From the NCBI GenBank assembly GCA_035560715.1, contig DATMYW010000034.1:16439-80438 (forward strand): a stretch of 64,000 nucleotides of DNA, written 5' to 3'. This document shows positions 9,207 to 17,181 of the stretch, in pieces. Numbering within the stretch: position 1 is the stretch's first letter; every line of letters begins with the position of its first letter. The notes under the pieces are model-generated. The model was not told where the DNA came from. It ran no database searches and saw only the letters and a program-made list of their open reading frames with translations. Position numbers and translations under genes: made by a program. The DNA comes from Candidatus Fimivivens sp. GTDB taxonomy: Bacteria; Patescibacteriota; Minisyncoccia; Moranbacterales; UBA1568.

Positions 9207-9246
9207 GTTACATCTGATACGCTGTCGCATATCAGATGTAACTTTA
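9207..9246 (+). terminator. Perfect 13-bp inverted repeat hairpin with TTTAT tail between convergent genes
   Basis: GTTACATCTGATA, then a 10-nt loop, then TATCAGATGTAAC, followed by TTTAT. It lies 25 nt from the trpB stop and about 200 nt after the + strand gene. Confidence 0.4.
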
Positions 9247-9270
9247 TCGGGGATGGGATTTTGAGAAGAA

Positions 9271-10500
9271 TCAGTTCAGGTTCATCCGATCGGCGACGTA
9301 GTCGATGTCCTTATCTCCACGACCCGAGAGATTGACGAGGAGTATCGCGTCCTTGTCCATGTCCGGAGCGATCTTGATCGCATGGGCGACGGCGTGAGCG
9401 CTTTCAAGGGCGGGGATGATGCCTTCCGTCTTCGAAAGGACGGAGAACGCCTCGAGCGCTTCCTTGTCGTTTGCGGTCGCATAGGTGACGCGGCCGGTAT
9501 CCTTGAGATGGGCGTGCTCGGGTCCGACGCCCGGGTAGTCGAGTCCGGAGGCGACGGAATGGACCGGGTCCGGCACGCCATTGTCATCTTGGAGCAGGTA
9601 CGTGAACATGCCATGGATGGCGCCCGGCTTGCCGAATGTCAGTGTCGCGGCATGATCGCCCTTTTTAAAGCTTCTGCCGGCCGGCTCGACGCCGATCATG
9701 TCGACGGCGTCATTCAGGAATGCGCTGAAAAGGCCTAGGGCGTTCGACCCGCCGCCGACACAGGCTACAAGCACATCCGGGAGTCTTCCCTCGCGTTCGA
9801 GTATCTGCCGACGCGCTTCTTCGCCGACTATCGACTGGAAGTCGCGCACCATCATCGGGTACGGATGCGGTCCGACGACGGAACCGATTCCGAAGAACGT
9901 GTGATCGTGATCGGCAATGAACGCCCCAAAGGCACTATCGACGGCGTCTTTGAGGCACCGTCCGCCGGATCCGACCGCTACGACGTTCGCGCCGAGCATA
10001 CGCATGCGTAGCACGTTCGGATGCTGCTTTTCGATGTCGATCGCACCCATATGGATCTCACACTCGAGACCGACGAGTGCGGCCGCGGTCGCAAGAGCGA
10101 CACCGTGTTGGCCGGCGCCGGTTTCAGCGAGAAGTTTCGTCTTCCCCATCCGTTTCGCGAGGAGCGCCTCGCCGAGCGTGTGATTGATCTTGTGTGCCCC
10201 GGTATGGTTCAGATCTTCACGTTTCAGATAGATTTTGGCACCTCCGAGCTTTTCCGTCAGACGCTTCGCGAAGAATATCGGGGAGGGGCGTCCGACATAC
10301 TCCGCGAGAAGACGTCGGTATTCGTCCATGAAGGCTGGGTCTTTGCGCGCCTCCTCGTATGCGCCGGTAACTTCGTCGAGCACCGGACCGAGTTCAGGCG
10401 GTACGAGGCGTCCTCCGTATTCGCCGAAATAGCCTTGGTTGTCGGGAAGTTTTCCGAGTACCGTTATGACCGTTTTGCCGGAAAATAATGAAGGGGTCAT
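9271..10500 (-). CDS. trpB: Tryptophan synthase beta chain
   Basis: [37 protein letters not shown] and the rest of the PLP-fold core. The start is taken at MTPSLFSG, Met46 of the track ORF. No trpA is adjacent. Confidence 0.9.
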   Translation of the reverse strand: MTPSLFSGKTVITVLGKLPDNQGYFGEYGGRLVPPELGPVLDEVTGAYEEARKDPAFMDEYRRLLAEYVGRPSPIFFAKRLTEKLGGAKIYLKREDLNHTGAHKINHTLGEALLAKRMGKTKLLAETGAGQHGVALATAAALVGLECEIHMGAIDIEKQHPNVLRMRMLGANVVAVGSGGRCLKDAVDSAFGAFIADHDHTFFGIGSVVGPHPYPMMVRDFQSIVGEEARRQILEREGRLPDVLVACVGGGSNALGLFSAFLNDAVDMIGVEPAGRSFKKGDHAATLTFGKPGAIHGMFTYLLQDDNGVPDPVHSVASGLDYPGVGPEHAHLKDTGRVTYATANDKEALEAFSVLSKTEGIIPALESAHAVAHAIKIAPDMDKDAILLVNLSGRGDKDIDYVADRMNLN

Positions 10501-10639
10501 AGGGATTGAATGTGAATGATAGAAGTGACATCCGCGAGGGCTTCGCGGATCAAACGTATGTGCGTCGCCAGGAAAAGGTCGAGGCGCCCCGGAAAAGGAA
10601 GTGATCGTTCGAAGACATAGGATGGGGAATGACACATTG

Positions 10640-10667
10640 AAAAACCGCCTGTTACGGAACAGGCGGT
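10640..10667 (-). terminator. Intrinsic terminator of the trpB leader: attenuator segments 3 and 4 followed by UUUUU
   Basis: On the minus strand, ACCGCCTGTT, then a CCGT loop, then AACAGGCGGT, then TTTTTC. The stem is a perfect 10 bp. Confidence 0.7.
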
Positions 10668-10692
10668 TCGGGTACGAAGGGTCACACGAAAA

Positions 10693-10734
10693 TCACCGCC
10701 TGTTCTGAGAGGCGGTCCACCACGCGAGCTGCAT
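10693..10734 (-). CDS. trp leader peptide, 13 aa, MQLAWWTASQNRR, with tandem Trp codons
   Basis: Minus strand: ATG CAG CTC GCG TGG TGG ACC GCC TCT CAG AAC AGG CGG TGA. The TGG TGG pair is at 10717-10722. The stop codon lies at the 3' end of attenuator segment 2. Confidence 0.6.
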   Translation of the reverse strand: MQLAWWTASQNRR

Positions 10735-10767
10735 CGATCGGTTCGGTGTGATGTGCATATCGTCCAC

Positions 10768-10796
10768 AGTATAGGTATGTGTGTCGAGGCTGTCAA
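10768..10796 (-). promoter_or_regulatory. Consensus sigma70 promoter TTGACA-17nt-TATACT driving the trp leader and trpB
   Basis: On the minus strand, TTGACA is at 10791-10796 and TATACT at 10768-10773, with an exact 17-nt spacer. It sits between the upstream gene stop (10823) and the leader ATG (10734). Confidence 0.6.
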
Positions 10797-10822
10797 ACGG
10801 ATGCCGTCTCCTGACGCGAAGT

Positions 10823-11425
10823 TCAGTCGAGGAATGACAGAATTATATCGGAAAGGGAGCTGTTTTCGAATATTCCCGAAGGTATGACCGGGTTATCGCC
10901 GAACTCGTCATGTCTGATGCCTGAAAGCATGACGGTCCGCAGCCCCGATGATTTCCGAGAAAACATTTCGGAAACTGAACGGAAGAAATTTCCGAAGCGG
11001 TCTGCTGTCGACCGGATATCGATGACATCACCCGGAGTATCGGGTGTCCGAAAGACGCCGCATAGGGATATCACCCTGAGCGGCAGAATCGTGCGACCTG
11101 CGGCGAGAAGCGCGATCAGGGTACCAATACTGCAGGATATGACGGATACGACTCCTTCGGTTGTGATCAGATCCGAAAGTCTTTTCGATGCCAGGTGGAG
11201 GGATTTCGATGTCACGCTCCCGTTCCATTCGAAGCGGATGACCTCGTAGCCGCGCTGCCGCAAGGCGGGTATCCATGCTTCCTCCGAACCGGAGTAATCG
11301 GGGATGACGTTGAACAGTCCGTAGAGTCGCACGATGCCTTTCTGGACGAAGGGATTCGACGACCTGAGATACCTCGCGCCGGGAACGACGACGATGACGC
11401 GTCGTTGATCGCTCATAGTCCCCAT
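10823..11425 (-). CDS. Alpha/beta-hydrolase fold protein, esterase/lipase-like
   Basis: A strand-turn-helix around SCSIG, a GxSxG-like nucleophile elbow, and secondary-structure periodicity typical of small alpha/beta hydrolases. Confidence 0.5.
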   Translation of the reverse strand: MGTMSDQRRVIVVVPGARYLRSSNPFVQKGIVRLYGLFNVIPDYSGSEEAWIPALRQRGYEVIRFEWNGSVTSKSLHLASKRLSDLITTEGVVSVISCSIGTLIALLAAGRTILPLRVISLCGVFRTPDTPGDVIDIRSTADRFGNFFRSVSEMFSRKSSGLRTVMLSGIRHDEFGDNPVIPSGIFENSSLSDIILSFLD

Positions 11426-11853
11426 GCGGTGTCGGAAAACCGCTCTCCCGAAAACAGGTGGTCGAGTGTCACCCGGATGCGGCGGATATCATCGGCGTCG
11501 AGCGGCATATATCCGTCCTTGTGTCCCGGAGCGAACGGCTCGCCGTATTGTTGCATGACGGCGTCCTTCGCGCGGCCATAGAGGTGGATGTGGAGCGACG
11601 GTTTCCAATTGCCGTTGTCCTGGTAGTTGATGCGGCCGATTTCGACTCCGATCTCCGCCATCGCGGCTTTCAACGCTTCTCCGGAGGCGATCGTCAGTCG
11701 CATGAGCTCGATTGCCTGGCGCGGGGTGAGGAACGTGCGATCCTCGACCGGGACTTTCGGGCTTATTTTCATATGCCCTCCCTCGAGTCGGTCGATCTCC
11801 GGCGTCTCATGGGATTCGAGAACGAAGTCGCCGGTTTCGTAGATGATGGCCAT
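11413..11853 (-). CDS. HIT-superfamily-like protein with a variant triad HxHxY
   Basis: The block GRINYQDNGNWKPSLHIHLYGR matches the HIT signature region (N.G..agq.v.HxHxHxx), with the third His replaced by Tyr. Confidence 0.45.
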   Translation of the reverse strand: MAIIYETGDFVLESHETPEIDRLEGGHMKISPKVPVEDRTFLTPRQAIELMRLTIASGEALKAAMAEIGVEIGRINYQDNGNWKPSLHIHLYGRAKDAVMQQYGEPFAPGHKDGYMPLDADDIRRIRVTLDHLFSGERFSDTAWGL

Positions 11854-11874
11854 ACGTTCTTACGGAGAAAGTGT

Positions 11875-12237
11875 TTAATAGCTACGGAGGATATCGTCGA
11901 TCGCGGCAAGCATCGATTCTTGGGAATCATATTCGCGAAATACGCGTGTCAGTCTCTTCAGTGACGAGGAAGGGGCGGTGCCGGACCGGTGAATACATGC
12001 GATCGGTATGCCGGCAGCCTCAGCTCGCCCGAGCTCGATGCCGACGCCGGTTGCCGGTACCGAGACGTCCGCTACCACTAACTGACAGCTCGGGATAACC
12101 GCCCTGGAGTCCTCGTTTATCCCGTTTTCATGCGGAAAAACGAAGACAGGGCCGTCCTCCGGGAAATGTTGCCGGATGGGGCGATAAAGTTCGTTTACGT
12201 AATCGAAAGACCTCGAATGGCAGACGTATATTCGCAT
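11875..12237 (-). CDS. Nucleoside 2-deoxyribosyltransferase-like (NDT/DNPH1-like Rossmann) protein
   Basis: MRIYVCHS at the N-terminus and ATGVGIELGRAEAAGIPIA, the conserved Glu block of the family. The start is taken at the internal Met, leaving a 90-bp divergent intergenic region. Confidence 0.45.
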   Translation of the reverse strand: MRIYVCHSRSFDYVNELYRPIRQHFPEDGPVFVFPHENGINEDSRAVIPSCQLVVADVSVPATGVGIELGRAEAAGIPIACIHRSGTAPSSSLKRLTRVFREYDSQESMLAAIDDILRSY

Positions 12238-12338
12238 ATGATCGGAAAGTATCCCCCTTTCTGAAATCTCAGGTCCCTGGTACCATAGAGAGTGAAACGG
12301 CTTCATTATAGCCCGTAATCGCATAGGTGACAAAACGT

Positions 12339-13301
12339 ATGGCCGTAATCGCGAAAGAATTGAGAAAGAAGGTCATTTTTGTGTTAAAAGCCGCGATGGC
12401 GGTCGCTCTGATCGTCCTTTTGGTCATCAAGGTGGACTGGACGAAGATCTGGTCCGAGGTGTCGGAAGCGTCACCGCTGTTGCTATTGGTCGCGACGCTG
12501 CTTTATGTCGCGGGACTGTTCATGTGTATCGAACGCTGGTGGCGCGCCGCCCACTACAAGAAGTTCGCCATGACGTTCTGGGATGCGGCAGAATTCTTTT
12601 TTGCCGGACTGTTCCTGAACAATTTCCTGCCCTCGTTCTTCGGAGGTGACGCGTATCAAAGCTACATCCTCGGGAAATCCGAGCACCGGTATCCCGCCGC
12701 GATTTCGACCGTGATGTTCACGCGCTTCATCGGCCTGTGGGCCACGATATCCCTTTTTTTTACGTTCGGGCTGCTTGGTTGGAGTCGGGTGTTCACGAAA
12801 CCCGTGTTCGAATGGTTCGGCATCGGATTGCTGTTCTTCCTGGTCGCGGACTTGGTCCTCGTCTTCGTGTACGCGCATCCACGGTTCAAGCGGTTCGTCG
12901 AATGGCTTCCCGAGAAGATCAGGTGTTTCTTTTCCGAAATCGGAGGGTATGCGAAGTGGCCGTTCCTGCGGGAGAACTTCATTCTTTCGACGGCATTCGC
13001 GTTCGTCGGTGTCGGCATGTTCAACCTGATGCTGTTCTTCGCGCTCGGTGAACGGGTTCCGATTTTTCCGTACCTGGCTACCGTATTTCTTATCAGTCTC
13101 GTCTCGAGCCTGCCGGTCTCAATCAACAATATCGGACTCAAGGAGTGGGCATACTTCACGTTTTTCCCGCTTATCGGTATCCGTCCCGAAGCGGCGCTCG
13201 CCGTAGCGTTGCTCGGGCGGTTCATACAGATCCTGATCAGTCTTGTCGGGGCACCGTTCTTCTTCAGGGAAAAAAAAGAATACGGAACCGATCGGGCATA
13301 A
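12339..13301 (+). CDS. Integral membrane protein, flippase-like UPF0104 / lysylphosphatidylglycerol-synthase TM-region family
   Basis: About 8 TM helices. This family is commonly found beside GT2 enzymes in glycolipid loci. The start is taken at the ATG for MAVIAKELRKK. Confidence 0.5.
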   Translation: MAVIAKELRKKVIFVLKAAMAVALIVLLVIKVDWTKIWSEVSEASPLLLLVATLLYVAGLFMCIERWWRAAHYKKFAMTFWDAAEFFFAGLFLNNFLPSFFGGDAYQSYILGKSEHRYPAAISTVMFTRFIGLWATISLFFTFGLLGWSRVFTKPVFEWFGIGLLFFLVADLVLVFVYAHPRFKRFVEWLPEKIRCFFSEIGGYAKWPFLRENFILSTAFAFVGVGMFNLMLFFALGERVPIFPYLATVFLISLVSSLPVSINNIGLKEWAYFTFFPLIGIRPEAALAVALLGRFIQILISLVGAPFFFREKKEYGTDRA

Positions 13302-13358
13302 CCGATCGGTAATGCTTATCCTGATGCGTACCGATTTCGAGTAAGATCGGAGTTCGGA

Positions 13359-15101
13359 TTATCGGTTCAGCCTGTTCCACGTAGGCAGGGCGAGTATGTG
13401 CTTCATCTCCTCGGTCGTTTCCATGGAATCTTCCGATTGTCTCTCCTGGGTCACGAAGAGCGGGTTCGGTTTGAAGAAATGTACCGTCAATGAGCCGAAT
13501 TCACGCTTCCCTAAAGGTATGAAATGGACGTTCGCCCTGGGTGTTTTTCCGGTCTGGAGGACGATGAAATAGTTTCCTTCGCGATACAGCGGCGAATCAT
13601 GAGGTTCCGAGAAGTAGCGTATGCCGAGTCGCGACAGGTGATACCAGAAAGCCGGCTCGAACTCCGCGACTGAGGAAAGGTATACCGGATAGCCGTTTTC
13701 ACTGGCGATCGAGGAGATGTAGACCGCGATACGTTCCTGTTGCGATAGGGTGATGCGTGAGGTATTCGGAAACACGTCTTCCGTTTCAAGCGGAGAGGAC
13801 GATGTCGAGTCGTCTTGGAGTCGATCGAAAACGGAAATGATTCCCGATATATTCGAGCCGATAAGCATGCCCGAAAAAAGAACGATCAGGACGAGACCGG
13901 CGGGTGAGTTTCGGAACGGCCTGTGCGATCGGATGGCGTCGAGAATGAGTCCGAAGAGCAGGAACGGTAGAGGGGAGACGAGCAGGAAAAACCGCGGATA
14001 GATACGATAGGTCCGGGCGAGTGAGAAGTAGTACGAAAAAGAAACGACGAACCACAATGAAAGGATGAGAATGACGTCCTTTTTCTTATCCTTCCGCTCC
14101 CGGAGAAGTCCGATGAGAAGCGTAGCGGCACCTGCCGTGAAAAAGACGATCGCTGACAGGTTCACGAACAGTTCCGAGAGCGTACGATGCCGCATCAAAG
14201 CGTCAAGAGTGACCACTTTTCGAGCATTGATTTCACCGAGTCCCGAAAGGAGGAAAAAATACGACGTTATATGGTGGTGTGCGTCGTCGATAAGTGCGGC
14301 AGTGGAATCGGCGGCGCCTCCTCCGATCGTTGACTTGGCGAACTTATTTACAAAAAATCCGACGTTTTCTCCATGTGTCACGATATCACTCGCAATCATA
14401 GGGGAATAGACGATCGCTACGAGGATGAGTGCCGCGATCCAGGTCCTGAGAGGAAAACGGGGACGTTTGACGAGTAAAAAAATGACGATCACTGCCGGTA
14501 CCGTAAAAAAGGCGTTGAAGTGAATCTGCGTGACGGCAGCGCCCGACAGGGCGGCGATCAGAAACCAGCGGTTCCGATGTCGTTCGCTCTCGTCTACGCA
14601 TCTCAGGATGGCATAGAAGCAACCGAGGACGAGAAACGGCAGGACGTTCGGGCTCCAGGAGAAGCGAGCATACGAGACCGTATACAGTGACGTCGCGAAC
14701 AGAGCGGTGACGGACAGGGAGACCGTCTTCGACAGCACCCTTCTGGAGAAAAAATAAACGAGGGGAATAGTGAGGATTGACGACACGAGGACGACCATGG
14801 CGTGGCCGGTCGGCGTATTGCCGAACACCAGGGCCGAGAGATATTGAGCATAATAGAAAATCGGGCCGAGACGGAGCGCCCGCCCGCCGCCCGCGGTCGG
14901 ACCCAGGAGCGGGAGGTTTCCGGGTCCGTTCGTTACCGCCCCGGAGACGATGTTGAAATCGTATGTCTGGTCGATCTCGAAATGAAGCCAATCATGGAAA
15001 CGATAGGCTCGCAAAGTCACTCCTATGCAGAGAATCATGAACAGCGCCAGGAGTTCCCACTTTCTGGATCGGGTCATCACGCTGATCTCGCGAAGATTCA
15101 T
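13359..15101 (-). CDS. GT-C-like polytopic membrane glycosyltransferase, paralogue 1 of 5
   Basis: Shares the N-terminal blocks LRAYRFHDWLHFEIDQTYD, then LGPIFYYAQY, with four other genes in the window. It is 580 aa with about 12 TM segments. Confidence 0.65.
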   Translation of the reverse strand: MNLREISVMTRSRKWELLALFMILCIGVTLRAYRFHDWLHFEIDQTYDFNIVSGAVTNGPGNLPLLGPTAGGGRALRLGPIFYYAQYLSALVFGNTPTGHAMVVLVSSILTIPLVYFFSRRVLSKTVSLSVTALFATSLYTVSYARFSWSPNVLPFLVLGCFYAILRCVDESERHRNRWFLIAALSGAAVTQIHFNAFFTVPAVIVIFLLVKRPRFPLRTWIAALILVAIVYSPMIASDIVTHGENVGFFVNKFAKSTIGGGAADSTAALIDDAHHHITSYFFLLSGLGEINARKVVTLDALMRHRTLSELFVNLSAIVFFTAGAATLLIGLLRERKDKKKDVILILSLWFVVSFSYYFSLARTYRIYPRFFLLVSPLPFLLFGLILDAIRSHRPFRNSPAGLVLIVLFSGMLIGSNISGIISVFDRLQDDSTSSSPLETEDVFPNTSRITLSQQERIAVYISSIASENGYPVYLSSVAEFEPAFWYHLSRLGIRYFSEPHDSPLYREGNYFIVLQTGKTPRANVHFIPLGKREFGSLTVHFFKPNPLFVTQERQSEDSMETTEEMKHILALPTWNRLNR

Positions 15102-15130
15102 ACGTCATCGATGAAGCGTGTACTGTCCGG

Positions 15131-16960
15131 TCAGCGGAGACTGGAGGCCGGAACTATCCGTACGTAATTGTCGTCCCGATCACCGATGACGATGACCTTT
15201 TCGGAATCGATGTCGCCATACAGCCTCCGAAAATCGATGATGTCGTTGACGGAGCCCGAAAGCTTCAATGATCGGGATTTCCGACCTGCCGAGACGACGA
15301 AATAGTCGAACGTTTTCCCCCGTATGTCCTTGACGGAGAAACCGATATTGCAGGTCCCGACGAACTCAGTGCACACCGCTCCCTTGTCTGACCAAACGAC
15401 GAGATCGTGCGCACCTGGCAGGGAGTTGAGGTACGCGGCCGCCTCATAGCTTCCGTCTCCCATATCCTTCGTGTTAAGGAGATAGCGATCGGGAAGCAGC
15501 GGCGAGGCGTAGGCGAAGAAAAACGGACGTATCCGGATCAACGAAACCGTCAGGACGGTGAATAGCAGCGCGGCGGTAACGAGTCGGACCGTGTGTTTGG
15601 GCCGTTTGACGAGGTGAAGCAGCCGTTCCGCTCCGATGGCCGCTATGACGAACGCGAGGGGATAGAGGATGATCTGATACCGGACGGTCGCGACGACTCC
15701 GTTCGCCGTCGATGCGGCATAGTAGAGCAGGATGAACAGCGCGAGATATATGACCATGTTCTTTTCTCGAATCGGCGATCCTTCTCGTCTGGTCGCTGAC
15801 ATGAGGCCGACGATGAAAAGGATCAGAATCAGTGGGTGCATACCGAAGATAAGACTGTATACGTCGGCGAGTACGGCGCCGGCGACTGCCATGAGCGGAC
15901 CCTCCGAGGCGACCCCGATCCCTTTCGGGGAGGAGAGAATCCCTTCGAAATCGAACGGCCGCATGCCGAGATACGTATCCGCGAATACGAACAGGATCAG
16001 ACTGAGAAATATCGACATGAGAATCGTAGCGAGCGCGCGGCGGAACCTGGAAAAAAAGTCGAACACGGGTACGAGCATCCTATTGGAGAGGAATAAGGTA
16101 TCGATCGCGACGAACAGCAGAAGTCCCGCGAAGGCGGGCCACGTCTTCTCGAACGCCTTGCTACCGAAGGTTCCTTCGAGAAGGACGTCCGGATGTTTCC
16201 AGGTAGCCGGATACAGCGTGTAAAACGTCAGGAGGGACACGGCCGCCAATACGAGGTAGTCCGTGAATGCCTTCTTAATGTACTCGCGAAGCGGCGGTTT
16301 TTCGTCGGAAAAGACGTATTCGAGGAAGGGGAGGGCGAGAAAGAAGACATACAATATGTTGGCGACGTACTTCGTGAGCAGCGAAAGACCGAGAAAGACG
16401 CCTGATGCGATCAGGTACCACGCTTTCGGTTGTTTGCGGTAGGCGAACATCGACAGGAGAGACAGAGGAAGGAAAATCCAGAGGAGCGAGTCGGGATTGA
16501 TAATCATCGCTATGCCGAGAAGAATCGGCGAGAGGCCGATCATGACTGAACTGATGAGCGCGACGGTTTTTCCGGCGATGCGTTTGAGAAAAAAATAGAA
16601 TGCCGGAAGCATAAAAATGCAGAACAGGAATATGGGAAGTCGGAACCAGAAATTGATCCCATCTATGTCCGAAAGGACGGCGTCGGTCTTTATTTCGCCA
16701 CGGACATGCTCGTACACCATCGGATCGTATCTGAGCAGACCGAATCCGGAGAGGAGCGCGACCGTGATGCCCGGCTTGTCATTGATGTCGGTCGAATTCC
16801 ATCGGTGTGCATCGATCGCTGACCAGAATTTTGAAATGCGGCCGTATGTCCAGTACGGCTCGTCGACGGCAGAATAGGTGCCCAGGCGCGTGAGACCGAG
16901 GAATAGGTCGACGCAGATGATGGCGGTCAGAATGACGACGGATCCGTATTTCTTTATCAT
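15131..16960 (-). CDS. GT-C family (ArnT/PMT, GT39/GT83-like) membrane glycosyltransferase
   Basis: 609 aa and polytopic. It has a DE motif in the first extracytoplasmic loop (AVDEPYWTYG), as in ArnT/PMT-type enzymes that use polyprenyl-phosphate sugar donors. Confidence 0.65.
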   Translation of the reverse strand: MIKKYGSVVILTAIICVDLFLGLTRLGTYSAVDEPYWTYGRISKFWSAIDAHRWNSTDINDKPGITVALLSGFGLLRYDPMVYEHVRGEIKTDAVLSDIDGINFWFRLPIFLFCIFMLPAFYFFLKRIAGKTVALISSVMIGLSPILLGIAMIINPDSLLWIFLPLSLLSMFAYRKQPKAWYLIASGVFLGLSLLTKYVANILYVFFLALPFLEYVFSDEKPPLREYIKKAFTDYLVLAAVSLLTFYTLYPATWKHPDVLLEGTFGSKAFEKTWPAFAGLLLFVAIDTLFLSNRMLVPVFDFFSRFRRALATILMSIFLSLILFVFADTYLGMRPFDFEGILSSPKGIGVASEGPLMAVAGAVLADVYSLIFGMHPLILILFIVGLMSATRREGSPIREKNMVIYLALFILLYYAASTANGVVATVRYQIILYPLAFVIAAIGAERLLHLVKRPKHTVRLVTAALLFTVLTVSLIRIRPFFFAYASPLLPDRYLLNTKDMGDGSYEAAAYLNSLPGAHDLVVWSDKGAVCTEFVGTCNIGFSVKDIRGKTFDYFVVSAGRKSRSLKLSGSVNDIIDFRRLYGDIDSEKVIVIGDRDDNYVRIVPASSLR

Positions 16961-17091
16961 AAGTTCCGATGAATTGTGCGAGAAGCTTATGGAAATCAGG
17001 CGGAGGAATTCAGGGCGATGATAGCACGAATGCAGGTCATTCGCAACCGTCCGGGATGCGGAACGATGCCTCGGATAAGGGTCTGAACCGG

Positions 17092-17120
17092 TTTACAGGG
17101 TGTTCGCACCGAGGTATACT
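17092..17120 (+). promoter_or_regulatory. Sigma70-like promoter TTTACA-17nt-TATACT for the five-gene membrane glycosyltransferase operon
   Basis: TTTACA is at 17092-17097 and TATACT at 17115-17120, with an exact 17-nt spacer, 60 nt upstream of the 17182 start. The -10 hexamer is the same as in the trpB promoter. Confidence 0.45.
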
Positions 17121-17181
17121 GTCGTCGTGTCCGACACCGGCCTGGTCACATGTCTTTAGCCAATATGATAGCTCACTCGCC

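Noticed and set aside
10640-10670. Reading the hairpin at 10640-10667 as the plus-strand terminator of an upstream gene.
   Set aside because: On the plus strand the stem is not followed by a T-tract (..GGTTCGGGTACG) and no plus-strand gene ends nearby. On the minus strand it is followed by UUUUUC and is integrated with the leader ORF.
10640-10740. T-box riboswitch as the explanation for the leader upstream of trpB.
   Set aside because: There is no T-box consensus (AAUUAGGGUGGUACCGCG) and no specifier-loop architecture. A short ORF with tandem Trp codons placed to cover segment 1 fits ribosome-mediated attenuation better.
16969-17181. The 71-aa N-terminal extension of the 16969-18945 ORF.
   Set aside because: The extension, MNCARSLWKSGGGIQGDD..., is hydrophilic and covers the promoter-like TTTACA-17-TATACT element. 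The other four paralogues begin with a short basic stretch directly before the first TM helix, as MKKNIIGWSGFVLLLII does at 17182.
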